DNA from: Nitrosopumilus sp.
Lineage (GTDB): Archaea; Thermoproteota; Nitrososphaeria; Nitrososphaerales; Nitrosopumilaceae
Assembly (NCBI GenBank): GCA_965218785.1
Contig: OZ244650.1
Span: 384,001-448,000, forward strand
Direction: 5' to 3'
DNA: 64,000 nt
Shown here: positions 59,466-64,000 of the stretch, piece after piece
How the letters are laid out: every line of letters starts with the position of its first letter
Numbering within the stretch: position 1 is the stretch's first letter
The notes under the pieces: model-generated
Seen by the model: the letters and a program-made list of their open reading frames with translations, nothing else
The model's database searches: none
Told to the model about the DNA's origin: nothing
Translations under genes and position numbers: made by a program

Positions 59466-60375
59466 TTCTCCTCAACTTTGACCAATTAATCCCTGCCAGC
59501 CCCCGCGGTGCCAAGAATAAGGTTACAACGATGAATATCAGCGGAATAAGCGGCCGGTATGCAATCAACCAAGAACCAATCTCACCGGCTAGAAATCTTG
59601 TTCCCAAAACTTCGGTTAATCCTACAAGTATGCCGCCAGCTATTGCGCCATAAATGCTTAGAAAACCCCCCGCTATGCTTGCTGCAAACACGCTAGGTAT
59701 CAGCTGTGGTCCGAGATTTGGATCCCCCTGAAACCACAACGACATCAATGCTCCTGCAACCCCTGCAAATCCGCCTCCCATTAACCAAGAGACGCCATAG
59801 ATCAGTTTGACGTTAATCCCGACGGTTCCTGCAAGATCCGAATTTTCAGTCGCCGCCCTCATTGCAATGCCAAATTTGGTCTTTCTCAACATTATGTGCA
59901 GTGTGACTGCCAGAATGGCAATGGTAATCGGTGCTGCAAAAACTATCAAAGGCAGTCCCATAAATTCCGCGTCATAGCTGCGCAATGTAAATTCCCTAGA
60001 TGTGACCTGGAATGTCTTTACGATATAATCTGCGGTGATGTTTAGAGCTGCGATCACCACCAGATCAAATGCCAATGTGGCGATCATCTGAATTGCCTGT
60101 GAGGCCCCTTTTCGAATCAGCGGTTTTAAGATAAAGGTGTATAGCGCGACAGCTACTATTCCGGATATTACAAATGCAATTGGAATTGCAATATATGGAG
60201 TAGTATCCCATACCCTCGTTGCAACTAGCGCAATGTATACGCCAATTGTCGCAAACGAGGCATGTGCAAAATTTGGAACTCTGGTTGTAAGATATGTGAG
60301 CGTAAGACCAATACTTAGAAGCGTCAAAAGACTGGCAAAAATTATCGCATCAGAAAATATGGGGTCAAATGCCAA
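59449..60375 (-). CDS. livH: HAAT ABC permease LivH
   Basis: GLTL...NFAHA, TKFGIAMRA, PRGL; GGAGGT SD supports a TTG start at 60375. Confidence 0.9.
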   Translation of the reverse strand: MAFDPIFSDAIIFASLLTLLSIGLTLTYLTTRVPNFAHASFATIGVYIALVATRVWDTTPYIAIPIAFVISGIVAVALYTFILKPLIRKGASQAIQMIATLAFDLVVIAALNITADYIVKTFQVTSREFTLRSYDAEFMGLPLIVFAAPITIAILAVTLHIMLRKTKFGIAMRAATENSDLAGTVGINVKLIYGVSWLMGGGFAGVAGALMSLWFQGDPNLGPQLIPSVFAASIAGGFLSIYGAIAGGILVGLTEVLGTRFLAGEIGSWLIAYRPLIPLIFIVVTLFLAPRGLAGINWSKLRRNGSRI

Positions 60376-60428
60376 ACTGTTACCTCCATATAACAACCCT
60401 TAATTTCTTTATGCCTTTGATAGTTTTG

Positions 60429-61184
60429 ATGGCAATTCTATCAATTTCTGGAATTCGGAAGCACTTTGACAGAATCACGGTTCTTGATGGAATTGATATG
60501 GAACTAAAAGCAGGCAAACTGTATCAGATGATTGGCCCAAACGGCAGTGGAAAAACCACGCTGATCAACGTAGTATCCGGTCTTTTGAAACCAGATAACG
60601 GAACGATTATTTTTGATGGAAACGATATTACACAAAAAGGACTCTTTGAGACCTACCGGACCGGCCTGGTTCGTACATGGCAAATCCCCCAACCCTTTAT
60701 CAGTCTCACAACGATGGAAAACTTTTTGATTTCAAGCAACGAAAACTCTGGAGAATCATTTCTAATGGCACCATTAAAATCAAAATGGAAGAACGATGAG
60801 AAGGAGATCACCGACAAGGCCATTGAGATTATGAAGATAGTAAATCTCATAGAAAAAAAAGACACGATTAGCCAGAATCTTAGTGGCGGACAGCAAAAAC
60901 TCCTGGAATTAGGCCGTGCAATGATGTCCGGCGCCAAAATGATTCTAATGGATGAGCCAATTGCGGGTGTGAATCCCACTCTGGCACATGAAATATTTGA
61001 TAAAATTTCAAAAATCTGCAAGCAAAAAAACCTCACATTTCTGATCGTAGAGCACAGATTAGATATTGCACTGCAGTATGCAGATCATGTATTTGCAATG
61101 GACAGGGGAGTAATAATTGCAGAAGGAAATCCGGATCAAGTAATAAAACATCCCAAAGTCATGGAATCGTATCTGGGGGAATAA
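60429..61184 (+). CDS. livG: HAAT ABC ATPase LivG
   Basis: GPNGSGKT, VRTWQ, LSGGQQKLLE, DEPIAGVNP, V..SYLG. Confidence 0.9.
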   Translation: MAILSISGIRKHFDRITVLDGIDMELKAGKLYQMIGPNGSGKTTLINVVSGLLKPDNGTIIFDGNDITQKGLFETYRTGLVRTWQIPQPFISLTTMENFLISSNENSGESFLMAPLKSKWKNDEKEITDKAIEIMKIVNLIEKKDTISQNLSGGQQKLLELGRAMMSGAKMILMDEPIAGVNPTLAHEIFDKISKICKQKNLTFLIVEHRLDIALQYADHVFAMDRGVIIAEGNPDQVIKHPKVMESYLGE

Positions 61185-61916
61185 ATGTCACAAAAAACTG
61201 CCCCGTCAATTATTTCCGTAGATGCGTTGAATTCAGGATATGTAAAGAGCCATATTCTTTTCGGGGTTGATTTTGAGGCAAAGGAAAGGGAGATTACATT
61301 AATTGTCGGCCCCAACGGCAGTGGAAAAAGCACTTTGCTCAAAAGCATCTTTGGTCTGTGTGAAATATATTCTGGGGAAATCCGTTTTAATGGTAAAATC
61401 ATGACCGGACTTGCACCGCATGAAGTGGCAAGAAAAAAAATTGCATATCTGTCTCAGGTGGACAATGTGTTCTCCAATCTGACCATCCAGGAGAATCTGA
61501 TCATGGCAAGTTATACTCTTGATTCAAAGACAATTTCACAGAGATTGCCTGAAATGTTTGAGACGTTTCCGATACTGAAAAAATACAAAAAATCCAAAGC
61601 CAGCAATCTTAGCGGCGGTGAGCGTCAAATGCTTGCAATGGCCATGGCATTAATTAGACGACCAAAAGTCATGCTGTTTGATGAGCCCACGGCAAGCCTT
61701 TCACCAAAGCTGGCAGACGATGTATTATCAAAGATTAGACAGATGCGTGATGATTTTGGGATTACGATAATTATGGTTGAACAAAATGTAAAACGCGCAC
61801 TCAAGATGTGTGATCGTGCCTATCTTTTGGCAAACGGTAAAAGAGTTTTTACGGGAAAATCAGAAGAGTTGTTGTCTCATCCTGACCTAGGCAAACTATA
61901 CCTGGGCATTAGTTAG
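61185..61916 (+). CDS. livF: HAAT ABC ATPase LivF
   Basis: GPNGSGKS, LSGGERQMLA, DEPTASLSP, VEQN, YLG. Confidence 0.9.
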   Translation: MSQKTAPSIISVDALNSGYVKSHILFGVDFEAKEREITLIVGPNGSGKSTLLKSIFGLCEIYSGEIRFNGKIMTGLAPHEVARKKIAYLSQVDNVFSNLTIQENLIMASYTLDSKTISQRLPEMFETFPILKKYKKSKASNLSGGERQMLAMAMALIRRPKVMLFDEPTASLSPKLADDVLSKIRQMRDDFGITIIMVEQNVKRALKMCDRAYLLANGKRVFTGKSEELLSHPDLGKLYLGIS

Positions 61917-64000
61917 GCAAATCAGACAATGATATAGCATCATCGCTATGGGTGTATTCTCCTAGCCGAATCCATTCTCCGCCTCTAATTCCCCATACTT
62001 CGTAGTTGGCCTGAGCCAAATCCCCTGCCTCGTTTAGTTTTGTCGGTCCGATTGAACCGCTATAATTTTCGGCGATCTTTGGAAATGCCGCTTTAACCAT
62101 GCTCACATCCGTACTCTGGGTTTCAAGCATTGCAAGTCCGATAAGCCAAACTGCATCATACGAGGAATGCACAAATGTATTGGGTGATGTACCAAGAGAC
62201 TCTGTTAGATGAGCTTGCACCCTCTCATATGTTGGATTTTTAGATGCTGCAAATTGAATCGTTGTAAATTCTACATTGGTTGAAAATTCAAATCCGATCG
62301 GATCATCGATTAATTTGTGTTCTTTGGTAATTGATCCCGGACCAAACCATCTGACGTCATCCAAGACCTCATGTGCTGATGCTGACTGGAAAAACTGTAA
62401 AACCTCTGCAAATCCCAAAAACAATACTGCGACCTTGTCTGAACCGTACTCGTCAACGTGTTCTTGAACCCTTTGAGCTAGCAGCGAAGTTGATGCCGAA
62501 AATTCCGGTGACTCTGGATTGTAACGAATTCCATCATCATCTATTTTACCGCCTCTTTCTTCAAAAGATTTAGCTGTGGCTTCACTTAATCCATCGCCCC
62601 ATGTGTCTCCTCGCCATACTGGAACTAGCATCTCGATTCCCTCATGATGGAGTAATGCTCCCAGTGCAGTTCCTTGGTTGGTGTCATCTGGAACCAGGCG
62701 GAACACGCTGTCATTTGGAATAGCTAGTGTCGGTGCAGTAGAACAGCAACTGACAAGTAACATGTTGTTAGAATCTGAATAACCCTTGATGTTTCTAATG
62801 TTCGAACTGGTTTCAGGTCCAACTACTATTCCAATTCCTTTGGCGTTAAGCGCAGTTATTTTCTCCAGTGCAATGACTGGATTCGTTGCTGAATCTTCTG
62901 AAACCATTTTAAGATGCCACTGTGCTCCCATCTCTTCTAAATGCTTGTTAAAATCCACTAGTGCCAACTTGGAGCTCTCGTGATTTTCCAATCCATGGGT
63001 TGCCAAGTCGCCTGTCAGTGGAAGAATTAATCCAATTGTTACTTCGCCAGATAACCCTCCAGAACCGCCATCCATCGTAGAGGAGACAGCATCATCATCC
63101 ATCATAGATTCCTTGCCCATCTCTGATAATCCCAAATCAGACAATGATATAGTATCATCGCTATGGGTGTATTCTCCTAGCCGAATCCATTCTCCGCCTC
63201 TAATTCCCCATACTTCGTAGTTGGCCTGAGCCAAATCCCCTGCCTCGTTTAGTTTTGTCGATCCGATTGAACCGCTATAATTTTCGGCGATCTTTGGAAA
63301 TGCCGCTTTAATCATGCTCACATCCGTACTCTGGGTTTCAAGCATTGCAAGTCCGATAAGCCAAACTGCATCATACGAGGAATGCACAAATGTGTTGGGT
63401 ACTGCACCAAGAGACTCGGTTAGATGAGCTTGAACCCTATCATATGTTGGATTTTTAGATGCTGCAAATTGAATCGTTGTAAATTCTACATTGGTTGAAA
63501 ATTCAAATCCGATCGGATCATTGATTAATTTGTATTCTTTGGTAATTGATCCCGGACCAAACCATCTGACGTCATCTAAGACCTCATGTGCTGATGCTGA
63601 CTGGAAAAACTGTAAAACCTCTGAAAATCCCAAAAACAATATTGCGACCTTGTCTGAACCGTACTCGTCAACGTGTTCTTGAACCCTTTGAGCTAGCAGC
63701 GAAGTTGATGCCGAAAATTCCGGTGACTCTGGATTGTAACGAATTCCATCATCATCTATTTTACCGCCTCTTTCTGCAAAAGATTTAACTGTGGCTTCAC
63801 TTAATCCATCGCCCCATGTGTCTCCTCGCCATACGGGAACTAGCATCTCGATTCCCTCATGATGGAGTAATGCTCCCAGTGCAGTTCCTTGGTTGGTATC
63901 ATCTGGAACCAGGCGGAACACGCTGTCATTTGGAAGAGATAGTGCCGGTGAACTAGAGCAGCAACTGACAAGTAACATGTTGTTAGAATCTGAATAACCC
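61909..64000 (-). CDS. HAAT substrate-binding protein with at least two tandem Venus-flytrap domains; 5' end beyond the window
   Basis: IGLILPLTG, EDS, VVGP..S, FRLVPDD..QG, YDAV, GD...Y; frame stays open to the window edge. Confidence 0.9.
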   Translation of the reverse strand, partial: GYSDSNNMLLVSCCSSSPALSLPNDSVFRLVPDDTNQGTALGALLHHEGIEMLVPVWRGDTWGDGLSEATVKSFAERGGKIDDDGIRYNPESPEFSASTSLLAQRVQEHVDEYGSDKVAILFLGFSEVLQFFQSASAHEVLDDVRWFGPGSITKEYKLINDPIGFEFSTNVEFTTIQFAASKNPTYDRVQAHLTESLGAVPNTFVHSSYDAVWLIGLAMLETQSTDVSMIKAAFPKIAENYSGSIGSTKLNEAGDLAQANYEVWGIRGGEWIRLGEYTHSDDTISLSDLGLSEMGKESMMDDDAVSSTMDGGSGGLSGEVTIGLILPLTGDLATHGLENHESSKLALVDFNKHLEEMGAQWHLKMVSEDSATNPVIALEKITALNAKGIGIVVGPETSSNIRNIKGYSDSNNMLLVSCCSTAPTLAIPNDSVFRLVPDDTNQGTALGALLHHEGIEMLVPVWRGDTWGDGLSEATAKSFEERGGKIDDDGIRYNPESPEFSASTSLLAQRVQEHVDEYGSDKVAVLFLGFAEVLQFFQSASAHEVLDDVRWFGPGSITKEHKLIDDPIGFEFSTNVEFTTIQFAASKNPTYERVQAHLTESLGTSPNTFVHSSYDAVWLIGLAMLETQSTDVSMVKAAFPKIAENYSGSIGPTKLNEAGDLAQANYEVWGIRGGEWIRLGEYTHSDDAISLSDLPN
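61918..64000. repeat. Intragenic duplication, period 1215 bp (61918-62785 vs 63133-64000)
   Basis: About 25 mismatches in 868 aligned bp by manual count (~97%), no indels. Confidence 0.95.

Noticed and set aside
62276-63788. Paired near-identical plus-strand ORFs
   Set aside because: Antisense shadows of the duplicated binding-protein domains.

Overview
Archaeal window from a Nitrosopumilaceae-type ammonia-oxidising archaeon (Nitrososphaerota/Thaumarchaeota). This rests on gene content and order: the 3HP/4HB-cycle acetyl/propionyl-CoA carboxylase next to an 11-gene complex I (nuoABCDHIJKMLN), a stand-alone 5S rRNA, a transketolase-RPE fusion, the rpoN-eno-rps2-mvk-ipk-idi-GGPPS-gltX cluster, and a CFI-box-CTERM protein. 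A secreted serpin, a Liv-type ABC transporter and several decayed genes suggest a host-associated (e.g. sponge) lineage; that is inference. RNA genes are tRNA-Glu (15-nt T-loop BHB intron), tRNA-CAT (probably Ile2), tRNA-His, tRNA-Leu and 5S rRNA. Best leads: (1) a HemA paralogue lacking the catalytic Cys, with a remodelled substrate pocket, in an operon with an unknown protein; (2) a hypothetical protein that reads as a degenerate trans-prenyltransferase fold; (3) a ~50-bp element repeated downstream of two unrelated secreted accessory genes, one beside a dead tyrosine integrase and one beside a tRNA; (4) a CADD-like self-sacrificing pABA synthase candidate; (5) a substrate-binding protein with ~97% identical tandem domains that differ most in the ligand loop; (6) a decayed island at tRNA-His; (7) an unlisted 42-aa C2H2 zinc-finger gene. 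All calls come from motif reading by eye; no database searches were run.
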